This document shows positions 7,566-16,461 of a stretch of DNA of 32,000 bases, in pieces. Below the pieces are notes generated by a model, which worked only from the letters and a program-made list of their open reading frames with translations, was not told the origin of the DNA and did not search any database. A program made the position numbers and the translations under genes. Within the stretch, counting starts at the first letter, position 1; each line of letters begins with the position of its first letter. Source of the DNA: Desulfocapsa sulfexigens DSM 10523 (GTDB taxonomy: Bacteria > Desulfobacterota > Desulfobulbia > Desulfobulbales > Desulfocapsaceae); the NCBI RefSeq assembly GCF_000341395.1, contig NC_020304.1, positions 1,680,001 through 1,712,000 of the forward strand, in the 5' to 3' direction.

Positions 7566-8162
7566 ATGATGAAACCTTTGGTAACCAATGAAGCCCCTGA
7601 CTTTACTGCGACTGCGGTTATGCCCGACAACACCTTTAACGAAGCGTTCAAACTGTCCGATATGCGGGGTAGATATGTACTGCTGTTTTTTTATCCCCTG
7701 GATTTTACCTTTGTTTGTCCGTCCGAAATTCTCGCTTTCAACTCTGCCGTGGAGCAGTTTAAGGAGAAGAATTGTGAAGTAGTCGGGGTTTCCGTTGATT
7801 CGCATTTCAGCCATCTTGCCTGGAAGAATACGCCAATCAACCAGGGTGGTATCGGTAATATTCAGTTTCCTCTGGTTGCTGATCTGGATAAATCTATTTC
7901 TGAAAATTATGGTATTCTCTTTGGTGGCACCATTGCCCTTCGTGGTCTCTATCTGATTGACAAAGAAGGAATTATTCGTCATCAGGTTGTCAATGATCTT
8001 CCCCTTGGCAGAAGTGTTTCCGAGGCCATGCGTATGCTTGATGCAATTCAGTTCGTTGAAGAGCATGGTGATGTCTGTCCTGCTAACTGGAGTAAGGGGG
8101 ATGATGCCATGGTTCCGACGGCAGAGGGTGTTGCTAAATATTTAACCGATCATATTGCGTAG
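7566..8162 (+). CDS. ahpC: Typical 2-Cys peroxiredoxin (AhpC/Prx1 type)
   Basis: Peroxidatic motif DFTFVCPSE and resolving VCPANW. SD GGAG at 7557-7560. Confidence 0.95.
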   Translation: MMKPLVTNEAPDFTATAVMPDNTFNEAFKLSDMRGRYVLLFFYPLDFTFVCPSEILAFNSAVEQFKEKNCEVVGVSVDSHFSHLAWKNTPINQGGIGNIQFPLVADLDKSISENYGILFGGTIALRGLYLIDKEGIIRHQVVNDLPLGRSVSEAMRMLDAIQFVEEHGDVCPANWSKGDDAMVPTAEGVAKYLTDHIA

Positions 8163-8303
8163 GGTTTTGTTTGGTTGGGTGTTTTTAGATAGATGCAGGA
8201 AGTGCTGGAAAAGCGGTGTTTGAAGCAGTAGACTTGTTTTTGACGGTGTGGGTTCTTTCTCTTTGGATAGAACTGTAACTTTTATCAAAATGGAGGCAGT
8301 ACT

Positions 8304-8678
8304 ATGGCTAAAAAATTAGGTGTATATAAGTGCAATATCTGTGGGAATGTGGCTGAAGTTGTCCACGCTGGAGCAGGGGATATGAGTTGTTGCGGTGCTC
8401 CCATGGAGCTACTCAGTGAAAACAGTGTGGATGCTGCTCAGGAAAAGCATGTTCCTGTGGTTGAGAAAGTTGCGGGTGGTTTTAAGGTAACCGTTGGAAG
8501 TGTTGATCATCCCATGACTGAGGATCATTATATTGAATGGATAGAACTTATTGCCGGTGATTCCTGCTATAGGCAGTTTCTGAATCCTGGTGATGCTCCA
8601 CGGGCTACCTTTCAGGTGGCTGCTGACAGTGCGGTGGCACGAGCTCACTGCAATCTGCACGGTCTCTGGAAGGCATAA
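8304..8678 (+). CDS. dfx: Desulfoferrodoxin (2Fe superoxide reductase)
   Basis: N-terminal desulforedoxin module [13 protein letters not shown]...[11 protein letters not shown] centre II ligands (KHVP, HPM, C..HGLW). SD GGAGG at 8292-8296. Confidence 0.95.
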   Translation: MAKKLGVYKCNICGNVAEVVHAGAGDMSCCGAPMELLSENSVDAAQEKHVPVVEKVAGGFKVTVGSVDHPMTEDHYIEWIELIAGDSCYRQFLNPGDAPRATFQVAADSAVARAHCNLHGLWKA

Positions 8679-8715
8679 AGATAACCCTATAGAAAAAAAT
8701 TTCAGGAACAGGTCG

Positions 8716-9132
8716 ATGTCGTTGCCAGAAGAGATGTATCAGTGTCAAATGGTGAACTGTGGTTACATTTACGATCCGGATAAGGGGGATCGTAAGAGTA
8801 AAATTAAAAAAGGTACGCAGTTTAAAGACCTTCCTGAAGGATGGAGATGCCCTGTTTGTGGGGCAACTGTAAAAGCGTTTAAACCACTGGCAGGACCCGG
8901 TTCAGTGCATGCCGAAAATGCATCTGCAGCTCCTGCCAAGACTGAAACTGAAATAAAAGGAACAGCGAGTGATATGAAAAAGTATAGATGCGATGTTTGT
9001 GGATATATCTACGACCCGGATGTGGGAGATGATGCTGCAGGGATTCCTGCAGGGACATCCTTTGATGACCTGCCCGATGATTATGAGTGTCCTGTCTGCG
9101 GAGCAGGGAAGGACGAATTCAGCGAAGTGTAG
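8716..9132 (+). CDS. Tandem (two-domain) rubredoxin
   Basis: Two rubredoxin modules: [13 protein letters not shown]...WRCPVCG and [11 protein letters not shown]...YECPVCG, joined by an A/P/T/E linker. The start could alternatively be ATG 8734. The track start 8590 overlaps dfx and is rejected. Confidence 0.9.
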   Translation: MSLPEEMYQCQMVNCGYIYDPDKGDRKSKIKKGTQFKDLPEGWRCPVCGATVKAFKPLAGPGSVHAENASAAPAKTETEIKGTASDMKKYRCDVCGYIYDPDVGDDAAGIPAGTSFDDLPDDYECPVCGAGKDEFSEV

Positions 9133-9144
9133 GAATTTATTTAC

Positions 9145-9175
9145 AGGGGCCTCCATCATGGTGGCCCCTTTTTTA
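9145..9175 (+). terminator. Rho-independent terminator after the rubredoxin gene
   Basis: AGGGGCC ... GGCCCCT stem (11-nt loop) followed by TTTTT. Confidence 0.8.
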
Positions 9176-9260
9176 CAACGCTTGTAGTTTGCCTGGTTGT
9201 TGATGGCAGGCTTGAGTGTCTTCTTACGTCCTTGATTTTTCTTGAAAAATAGGTGTATAT

Positions 9261-9608
9261 ATGAAAAAGATTCTCCTTGTGGCCTTTCAGGGGCAGCCCA
9301 TGTGTTTTATTCATGTTTTGCTCAATGGACTTGAGTTGAAAACAGCTGGGCACGAATGTAAGATTATAATAGAAGGTGAGGCCACTACCTTGATCCCTGA
9401 AATAATAAAAGAATCGCATTTTCTTCACGGACTCTACAATCAAGTGAAGGAAGCGGGGTTGATTGAAGGCGTCTGTAAAGCATGTTCTATGAAAATGCAG
9501 GTCTTTGAACAAATAGAAAAAACAGGCCTTCCCTTGCTTGATGACATGTCTGGTCATCCTGGGATGGTGAAATATATTGAAAAGGGCTTTGAAATAGTAA
9601 ATTTCTGA
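9261..9608 (+). CDS. Small DsrE/YchN-like fold protein (function unknown; Cys-containing)
   Basis: 115 aa. It starts MKKILLVAFQGQPMCFIHVLLNG..., which is typical of small DsrE-like alpha/beta proteins, and has a CKAC pair. SD AGGTG lies 6 nt upstream. It sits 27 nt upstream of roo. Confidence 0.6.
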   Translation: MKKILLVAFQGQPMCFIHVLLNGLELKTAGHECKIIIEGEATTLIPEIIKESHFLHGLYNQVKEAGLIEGVCKACSMKMQVFEQIEKTGLPLLDDMSGHPGMVKYIEKGFEIVNF

Positions 9609-9635
9609 TTTTAAATTTTTAAGGAGGACAGGGAT

Positions 9636-10835
9636 ATGAATCCGGTTAAACTTATCGAAAATGTTTATTGGGTCGGTGCTGTGGACTGGGACGTTCGTGA
9701 TTTTCACGGATATTCTACTAACAGAGGTACCACGTATAATGCATTTTTAATTATGGATGAGAAGATTACTCTCATCGATACCGTAAAAAAATCGTGTAAA
9801 AACGACATGCTTGCCAGGATTAAGGAAATAGTTGATCCTGAAAAGATTGATTACATCGTAGTTAATCACGTGGAAATGGATCATTCCGGAAGTCTTCCAG
9901 ACATGGTCGAACTCATTAAGCCTGAAAAAATCATCTGTTCAAAGATGGGTGAGAAGGCGTTGGTGCAACATTTTCATCATGAAGACTGGCCCTATCAGAT
10001 TGCAAAGCCTGGCGAAGACGTGAGTCTTGGAGAAAAAACACTTTCTTTCCTCGAAACACGGATGCTGCACTGGCCCGATTCCATGTTTACCTATCTTGTA
10101 GAAGACCAGATACTTTTCTCTTCTGATGCCTTTGGTGAGCACCTTGGTACCAGTGAGCGTTTTGATGATGAAGTGGATCAGGCAATTCTTCTGGAAGAGC
10201 TTACAAAATATTATGCCAATATCCTGACCCTCTATTCACCACTGGTAAAGAAGTTGATTGCCAAGGTGAAGGAAATGAATTTACCAATCAAGATGATTGC
10301 TCCGGATCATGGTGTTATATGGCGTAAAAATCCAAACATGGCGATTGAAGCCTACGATAAGTGGAGCCAGGGAAGAGGTGATGGTAATGCCCTTGTGGTT
10401 TATGATACCATGTGGCATTCCACAGAAGAAATGGCCAAACGTGTCGGAGCAGGATTGCAGGATGAAGGTATTTCCTACCAGCTTGTTAATCTGCGTTATA
10501 ATCATCGCAGTGATGTTATGCGTGATGTGCTGAATGCCAGTGCTATTATTCTTGGCTGTCCTACATTGAATAATGGTTTGCTGCCTCGAATGGCTGGATT
10601 CCTGATGTATATGCGTGGATTACGTCCTCTTAATAAAGTTGGTGCTGCTTTTGGCTCTTTTGGCTGGTCAGGTGAGTCTGTAAAGTTACTCAACGAAGCT
10701 ATGACGGATATGAAATTTGATATTGTAGATGATGGACTGAAGGTGAAGTACGTCCCTGAAGATGCTGATTATCAGCAGTGTGTTGAACTTGGCCGGAAAG
10801 TGGGCCAGGCAATTAAGGCAAAACAGGCAGAATAG
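9636..10835 (+). CDS. roo: Flavodiiron protein (rubredoxin:oxygen oxidoreductase / FprA type): metallo-beta-lactamase-like diiron domain plus flavodoxin domain
   Basis: Diiron motif NHVEMDHSG, C-terminal flavodoxin-like domain (ALVVYDTMWHSTEEMA...), SD AAGGAGG. Confidence 0.95.
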   Translation: MNPVKLIENVYWVGAVDWDVRDFHGYSTNRGTTYNAFLIMDEKITLIDTVKKSCKNDMLARIKEIVDPEKIDYIVVNHVEMDHSGSLPDMVELIKPEKIICSKMGEKALVQHFHHEDWPYQIAKPGEDVSLGEKTLSFLETRMLHWPDSMFTYLVEDQILFSSDAFGEHLGTSERFDDEVDQAILLEELTKYYANILTLYSPLVKKLIAKVKEMNLPIKMIAPDHGVIWRKNPNMAIEAYDKWSQGRGDGNALVVYDTMWHSTEEMAKRVGAGLQDEGISYQLVNLRYNHRSDVMRDVLNASAIILGCPTLNNGLLPRMAGFLMYMRGLRPLNKVGAAFGSFGWSGESVKLLNEAMTDMKFDIVDDGLKVKYVPEDADYQQCVELGRKVGQAIKAKQAE

Positions 10836-10843
10836 GATATTTC

Positions 10844-11167
10844 ATGAAAATACATATTGATAAGAACATTGTAGAGTTTATTCCCGAGAACGAGCAGGAA
10901 ACTGCCTCCATGGAAACTCTATGGAGAGTCGTTGTTGATTGTGCTGCTGATAATAAGCGGATGACTGCCATCGGAGAGTATATCCCTTCCAAGCAAAATC
11001 TTGCCAGGTTTCACATTGAAGGCGTTTCAGCAACAACTCAGTATACTGAAGATAAAGCCGTGGAGGAGTGTACCGTTATCTGCACCACCTGTAATAAATA
11101 TATGGCCTTAAAGGGCGGTGATGCAATACCTGTATGCTGCGGGCGCCCCATGGAGACAACTGATTGA
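10844..11167 (+). CDS. Hypothetical protein with a C-terminal desulforedoxin-type CxxC...CC module
   Basis: The C-terminus ICTTCNKYMALKGGDAIPVCCGRPME parallels the Dfx N-terminus in this same window ([26 protein letters not shown]). The N-terminal roughly 75 aa is not recognisable. It lies 8 nt downstream of roo. Confidence 0.75.
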   Translation: MKIHIDKNIVEFIPENEQETASMETLWRVVVDCAADNKRMTAIGEYIPSKQNLARFHIEGVSATTQYTEDKAVEECTVICTTCNKYMALKGGDAIPVCCGRPMETTD

Positions 11168-11193
11168 TCTGAAGTATTTGTAAACGTTTGTAA

Positions 11194-11231
11194 TAAAAAA
11201 AAGCCGATGGAATTATCCATCGGCTTTTTTT
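11194..11231. terminator. Bidirectional rho-independent terminator between convergent operons
   Basis: A-run, then GCCGATGGA atta TCCATCGGC, then T-run. Confidence 0.85.
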
Positions 11232-11248
11232 GCCTACCTTTACTGCCG

Positions 11249-13516
11249 TTATCCTCTCAAAAAGTTCAATGCCGAACCGGCCTTAAACCAGTCAATCTGC
11301 TCCTCGTTAAGGGAGTGATTCAAAGTTATTTCCGATGTTGTTCCATCATCATGATTCAACCGTGCAGTGATGGTTGAACCAGGTTTGATTTCAGTAATAC
11401 CCGTTAGATCTATAGTGTCACCCTCCTGAACCAGGTCATAATCAGCAGCATCTGCAAAGGTGAGAGGCAGGATACCCTGTTTCTTCAGATTGGTTTCATG
11501 GATGCGGGCAAATGAGCGGGTAATCACAGCTCTACCACCCATATGGCGTGGACACATGGCGGCATGTTCACGTGATGACCCTTCTCCGTAGTTTGTGTCA
11601 CCTACAACGACCCAGTTTTCACCTGCTGCTGTATACTCTCTCGCAATCGTGTTGTATTCCTGTAATTCACCGGTGAGTTGATTCCTTGCATTACCGGGTT
11701 CACCGGTAAATGCATTTACAGCACCACTGAACATGTTTCCTGAGATGTTATCCAGATGGCCTCTGAAACGGAGCCACGGGCCAGCTGGAGAAATATGATC
11801 GGTGGTACATTTTCCTTTGGCCTTCAACAGTAAATGCAGTCCAGTAAAATCTTTACCGTTCCAGCGGTCAAACGGAGTGAGCAGAGAAAGACGTTCAGAG
11901 TCTGGAGAAACCTGTACCGTAATATTGGTTCTGTCGTCAATTGGCGCGAGAAAGCCTTTATCATCGCGAACAAGTTTCAGGCGCGGTGTTTCATCCACTT
12001 TTCCTGGAGGGGTGAGAGTAAATGTGGATCCATCGGCTGCTGTATATTCTGTGGTAAACGGATTCACGGTGAAACTTCCAGTCATGGCATAGGCAAGACA
12101 GGTTTCAGGACTACCGATGAAAGCACTGGTGCCGGAGTTTCCGTCGTTTCGTTTGGGAAAATTACGATTATAGGATGTGACGATGGAGTTGCGGAATCCT
12201 TCCTCTATACCCTCACGGTTCCATTGACCAATGCAGGGGCCACAGGCATTGGCAAGCAGGGTAGCCCCAATGGCTTCGAGTTTGGCAAGCTGGCCATCCC
12301 GTTCTATGGTGGCTCGAATCTGCTCAGAACCAGGGGTGATGAGCATTGGGATCTTTAATTTGGCACCATGGGCGGCAATTTGCTCTGCCATAACGGTGAT
12401 TCTTCCCATATCCTCATAGGAAGAGTTGGTGCATGATCCCACCAGGGCATAGGTGATGTTTTCAGGATGTCCGCCATCTTTGACGTATTGGGTCATATTG
12501 GCAACGGTGCAGGCACGATCCGGGGAGTGGGGGCCTACAAGATGTGGTTCAAGGGTGGACAGGTCTAGCTCAATCACCTGATCAAAATAATTCTCGGGAT
12601 TGGCGAGTACTTCATCGTCTGCCCGGAGAAGGTGCTTGTATTTATCTGCCACCTGAGCAACATCCTCACGGTTACAGGCTGCAAGGAATGTTGCCATATG
12701 TTCGTCGTAGGGGAAGGTGGAGGTGGTAGCACCAAATTCAGCCCCCATGTTGCAGATAGTTGCCTTTCCTGTGCAGGAGATGGTGTCAGCACCGGGGCCA
12801 AAGTACTCAAAGACACGGTTTGTGCCTCCGGAACAGGTGAGTTTGCCAAGAAGATTAAGGATAACATCCTTTGGGGCAGCCCATCCCTGAAGTTCACCTG
12901 TGAGGTGAACACCTATAAATTTGGGATGCAGTACTTCCCAGGGAAGTCCCACCATTACATCCACGGCATCGGCACCACCAACTCCCGAGGCAAAGGCTCC
13001 AAGGCCACCGGCATGTGGTGTGTGTGAATCGGTACCCAGCATCATTAAACCTGGAAAACCGTACTGCTCAATCACCACCTGATGAATAATTCCCGCTCCC
13101 GGCATCCAGCAGCCAAAGCCATAGCGTTGGGATGCTGAGGAGAGAAAATCGTAGACTTCTCTGTTTTCGATGCGGGCAATATTGAGATCACTTTCGGCAC
13201 CCTTCTGGGCCCTTATGAGATGATCACAGTGAACGGTGACCGGAACTGCGGCTTCATTCTTGTCAGCAAGCATGAACTGAAGCACGGCCATCTGAGCGGT
13301 AGCATCCTGGAGAGCAACGCGATCAGGTCTGGTTTTGATATAAGATGAGCCGGCAACAAGCTCGGCATCATCAGCATTGTCCAGGTGTCCATAGAGGACT
13401 TTTTCACCATAGGTGAGGGCTCGGCCCATACGTTTACGGACGGTTGCAATATTTGCATCCATCTTTTTATATGTGGCTTCAATAAAAGCAGGTGTGGAAT
13501 CAACCGATGTGTTCAT
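11249..13516 (-). CDS. acn: Aconitate hydratase (about 755-aa, mitochondrial-type aconitase)
   Basis: 4Fe-4S ligand motifs GTDSHTP, GSCTNSS and NACGPCIGQW. Swivel domain at the C-terminus. SD GGAG. Confidence 0.95.
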   Translation of the reverse strand: MNTSVDSTPAFIEATYKKMDANIATVRKRMGRALTYGEKVLYGHLDNADDAELVAGSSYIKTRPDRVALQDATAQMAVLQFMLADKNEAAVPVTVHCDHLIRAQKGAESDLNIARIENREVYDFLSSASQRYGFGCWMPGAGIIHQVVIEQYGFPGLMMLGTDSHTPHAGGLGAFASGVGGADAVDVMVGLPWEVLHPKFIGVHLTGELQGWAAPKDVILNLLGKLTCSGGTNRVFEYFGPGADTISCTGKATICNMGAEFGATTSTFPYDEHMATFLAACNREDVAQVADKYKHLLRADDEVLANPENYFDQVIELDLSTLEPHLVGPHSPDRACTVANMTQYVKDGGHPENITYALVGSCTNSSYEDMGRITVMAEQIAAHGAKLKIPMLITPGSEQIRATIERDGQLAKLEAIGATLLANACGPCIGQWNREGIEEGFRNSIVTSYNRNFPKRNDGNSGTSAFIGSPETCLAYAMTGSFTVNPFTTEYTAADGSTFTLTPPGKVDETPRLKLVRDDKGFLAPIDDRTNITVQVSPDSERLSLLTPFDRWNGKDFTGLHLLLKAKGKCTTDHISPAGPWLRFRGHLDNISGNMFSGAVNAFTGEPGNARNQLTGELQEYNTIAREYTAAGENWVVVGDTNYGEGSSREHAAMCPRHMGGRAVITRSFARIHETNLKKQGILPLTFADAADYDLVQEGDTIDLTGITEIKPGSTITARLNHDDGTTSEITLNHSLNEEQIDWFKAGSALNFLRG

Positions 13517-13567
13517 GGAGTCTCCGGATCTTTTTCTAGGGTCGTTTGTGTTAGGTGACAGGATTTT

Positions 13568-13900
13568 TCAGGAGCGAATATGTTCTTCTTCAAGCATGGT
13601 GTCAATAAGATCAAGTACATATTGGCGTTGTTGTGGTGTCGCATGGGCAATGCAGTCACAATGTAAGTGTGCATTACTGCGAACCAGTAATTCAAAACAG
13701 ACTGAGTCCTTCTCGATTTCGACTCCGAAATAAAAGGGGGCACAATCTGTGTGTTTCTGTTGGACATCGGTAAGTAACTCTTCCGGTATGACTATCCAGT
13801 AAAGCCCGATCATGGGGCCCATTTTTAAATTACGTTTCAGGTAGGAGTCTATATTATCCCGTTCCATGGGGGATAGATCATCAACAACGAATTGGCGCAT
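13568..13900 (-). CDS. Hypothetical small Cys/His-containing protein
   Basis: 110-aa ORF co-directional with and between phoH2 and acn. It has HTDC and HLHCDCIAH motifs. There is no clear SD, so the start is uncertain. Confidence 0.55.
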   Translation of the reverse strand: MRQFVVDDLSPMERDNIDSYLKRNLKMGPMIGLYWIVIPEELLTDVQQKHTDCAPFYFGVEIEKDSVCFELLVRSNAHLHCDCIAHATPQQRQYVLDLIDTMLEEEHIRS

Positions 13901-14014
13901 GGTATTAAGGTGGTTAAGTTGTAAGGCAGAAGGAAGAAGGGGTTGGGTTGAAAGAAAGAGGACGTGGTATGCGTTATTCCCTTCAGTCTTAGGCCTTCAG
14001 CCTGCAAGCCTGAT

Positions 14015-15331
14015 TTATAAATAGTCGGCAGCTATGGCAGATAGTGGACTCCGTTCACTTTTGTTTAAAGTAATGTGCCCATATATACTATGTCCTTTTA
14101 ATTTTTCAACCGCGTAAGAGAGTCCATTGGAGGCCGAATCAAGATAAGGGTTATCAATCTGCTGTGGATCCCCGGTGAAAACCATTTTGGTGTTTTCGCC
14201 AGCGCGGGAGATAATTGTCTTTACTTCGTGAGGGGTGAGATTCTGGGCTTCATCCACAATGACAAACTGGCGGGGAATAGATCGACCGCGGATGTAAGTG
14301 AGTGCTTCGAGTTCCACCTGATGGGTTTTAAGGAGGTTGTCGACTTTCATCTGGACACGGCCTTCGTCTTCTTCTCTGCGATCATGGCGCATCAGATAGG
14401 TGAGATTGTCAAAGATAGGTTGCATCCAGAGGGTGAGCTTTTCATCCTTAGTTCCTGGGAGATATCCAATATCTTTACCCATGGGAATAACCGGTCTTGA
14501 TACCAGAAGCCGCTCGTAGCTCTCCCTATGAATAACACATTCAAGCCCGGCGGCTAGAGCAAGAAGGGTCTTGCCGGTACCTGCCTGGCCGATCATGGTG
14601 ACCAGGCTGATTTCCGGGTCAAGGAGTAATTCCAGGGCCATACGTTGTTCTTTGGATCTCGGATGGATACTCCATGCCTGTTCGTATTGAGAATTGAGGT
14701 GGGTGAGGTTGTTGTTTCCCGTTGCCCGACCAAGAGCGGAATGTTTAAGGTTTCCTTCGTCCTGGAGAAGGATGAATTCGTTAAGATAAAAATCAAACCC
14801 CTCTGCATCCAGATTTTTATCAGTATAAAAACGGTCGATGACTTCCGAGGGAACTGATGTCTGACGCCAGCCAGTATAAAGATCGTCGACGTTGCATTTC
14901 TGTTTTTCAAAATCCATGGTGTCAATACCAAGGGCATCGGCCTTGAGACGGGCATTAATATCCTTGGAAACGAAAATAACCGAGTGGCCTTCTTCGTGTA
15001 AACTGTTTGCCACGGCCAGGATGCGATTATCGGCCACGCTCATGTCCAGGAGAGCACCCGGCATATCCCGTCGTTCAACTGTGATTTTGAGTATACCCCC
15101 ATTTTCCATGGAAACGCCCTCTTTCAGGGAGCCTGCAATACGGAGTTTGTCCAGTTGTCGGATAACATGTCGGGCATTGCGTCCCAGTTCGTCGTTATGT
15201 CGTTTGAATTTGTCGAGTTCTTCAATGACGGTCATGGGCAGTACGACATAGTTGTCTGCAAAGGAGTTCAGGGAATCTGCATTGTGGAGCAGAACATTGG
15301 TATCAAGAACAAAATATTTCTGGTCACTCAT
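14015..15331 (-). CDS. PIN-domain / PhoH-like ATPase fusion (PhoH2 / YlaK type)
   Basis: N-terminal PIN (YFVLDTNVLLH...D...). C-terminal PhoH P-loop GQAGTGKT and Walker B FVIVDEAQN. Confidence 0.9.
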   Translation of the reverse strand: MSDQKYFVLDTNVLLHNADSLNSFADNYVVLPMTVIEELDKFKRHNDELGRNARHVIRQLDKLRIAGSLKEGVSMENGGILKITVERRDMPGALLDMSVADNRILAVANSLHEEGHSVIFVSKDINARLKADALGIDTMDFEKQKCNVDDLYTGWRQTSVPSEVIDRFYTDKNLDAEGFDFYLNEFILLQDEGNLKHSALGRATGNNNLTHLNSQYEQAWSIHPRSKEQRMALELLLDPEISLVTMIGQAGTGKTLLALAAGLECVIHRESYERLLVSRPVIPMGKDIGYLPGTKDEKLTLWMQPIFDNLTYLMRHDRREEDEGRVQMKVDNLLKTHQVELEALTYIRGRSIPRQFVIVDEAQNLTPHEVKTIISRAGENTKMVFTGDPQQIDNPYLDSASNGLSYAVEKLKGHSIYGHITLNKSERSPLSAIAADYL

Positions 15332-15360
15332 GTGCTTTGTGGTTGGTGTAAGGTTTTGTG

Positions 15361-16461
15361 TTAGATATCAAGCCAGGTCGTATCGTTATTTAGTATTTCG
15401 CAGCCATCTTCTCGGACAACGACCATGTTTTCAAGGCGTATACCGCCCCAGCCTGGCAGATAAATGCCGGGTTCTACTGTGACGATCATCCCGGCCTTCA
15501 GTTGCTTACGATTGCGAGACGAGAGGCGTGGCTCTTCGTGCACGGCAAGTCCTACACCGTGTCCGAGCGCGTGGCCAAAGAATTTACCATAGCCCGCATC
15601 ACTAATAACTCTGCGTGCTGCTTTATCCACTGCAGCAGCAGTGACTCCGGCACGTATCTTCTGTATTCCGGCAAGCTGTGCTTTGCGAACCAGTCGATGG
15701 ATTTCAAGGTATTTTTTACTCGCTTTTCCAAGAGTAAAGGTTCTGGTCATGTCGGAGCAGTAGCCATCAAGGATGAGACCCATATCAATCATAAGAGGTT
15801 TATGTTTTTCAATCTTGACGGGTCCGGGAACCGCATGGGGGAGAGCGCTGCGTTCACCTGTGGCTACGATGCTTTCAAAACTGGGCGCTTCAGCACTTCT
15901 CCGGCGCATTGTGGATTCCAGAGCAAGTGCTATGTCGATTTCGGTTTGTCCGGGAACTATTGTTTTATAGACTGTCTGAAATACCTGTTCGTTGAGGAGC
16001 ACAGAGCTGCGAGTTTTCTCAATTTCTTTTTTGTTTTTGATCGTCCGCATCTTTTCAACTATCCCATAAGTCGGATGGAGGGAGATCGAAAGTTTGCTGC
16101 ACATGGTCTGCAGTTTTTCAGCCACATTATGCAAGGTGTAGTGGCTCTCGAAGGCGAGGCTTGAAATCCCAAGATCCGGCAGGAGTTCTTTCAAGAGGGC
16201 CTGCAGTCCTTTTGGGTAGAGCAGAACCCTCATCTCTTTTGTTTCACGTTCAGCCTGGATCTGAAAACGAAAGTCAGTGAGCAGAAGGGGGTTTTTCCGT
16301 GCGGGAATAAGAAGTGATCCGGAGCTTTCTCCGATATCATGGTCAGTGGCTGTGTAGCCGCTCAGGTAACGCCTGTTGTGCGGTTGACTTATGAGGATTG
16401 CATCGATTTTTTTACGCCGCAGTCTCGCCTGTATTTTTTTGATTCGTTTTGTGGTACTCAT
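15361..16461 (-). CDS. M24-family Xaa-Pro aminopeptidase/dipeptidase
   Basis: Creatinase-like N-domain plus pita-bread domain with metal ligands (DMG..DGYCSDMTRT, HGLGHGVG, EPG, ENMV). Confidence 0.9.
   Translation of the reverse strand: MSTTKRIKKIQARLRRKKIDAILISQPHNRRYLSGYTATDHDIGESSGSLLIPARKNPLLLTDFRFQIQAERETKEMRVLLYPKGLQALLKELLPDLGISSLAFESHYTLHNVAEKLQTMCSKLSISLHPTYGIVEKMRTIKNKKEIEKTRSSVLLNEQVFQTVYKTIVPGQTEIDIALALESTMRRRSAEAPSFESIVATGERSALPHAVPGPVKIEKHKPLMIDMGLILDGYCSDMTRTFTLGKASKKYLEIHRLVRKAQLAGIQKIRAGVTAAAVDKAARRVISDAGYGKFFGHALGHGVGLAVHEEPRLSSRNRKQLKAGMIVTVEPGIYLPGWGGIRLENMVVVREDGCEILNNDTTWLDI

Noticed and set aside
7515-8066. 183-aa minus-strand ORF
   Set aside because: It is entirely antisense to the strongly recognisable 2-Cys peroxiredoxin gene. 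It has a low-complexity N/I/F-rich product and no SD, so it is a shadow ORF.
8590-8715. Long start of the rubredoxin ORF overlapping the 3' end of dfx
   Set aside because: The overlap region reads as out-of-frame dfx sequence. The rubredoxin modules begin only after ATG 8716/8734.
9156-9707. 183-aa minus-strand ORF
   Set aside because: It runs antisense across the DsrE-like gene, the roo start and the terminator. The product has no recognisable features, so it is a shadow ORF.
15502-16164. 220-aa plus-strand ORF
   Set aside because: It is antisense to the M24 peptidase gene, which has clear metal-ligand motifs, so it is a shadow ORF. The same reasoning applies to the plus-strand ORFs inside acn (11802-13027), the minus-strand ORFs inside the MCP gene, and 25111-25521 inside aapP.
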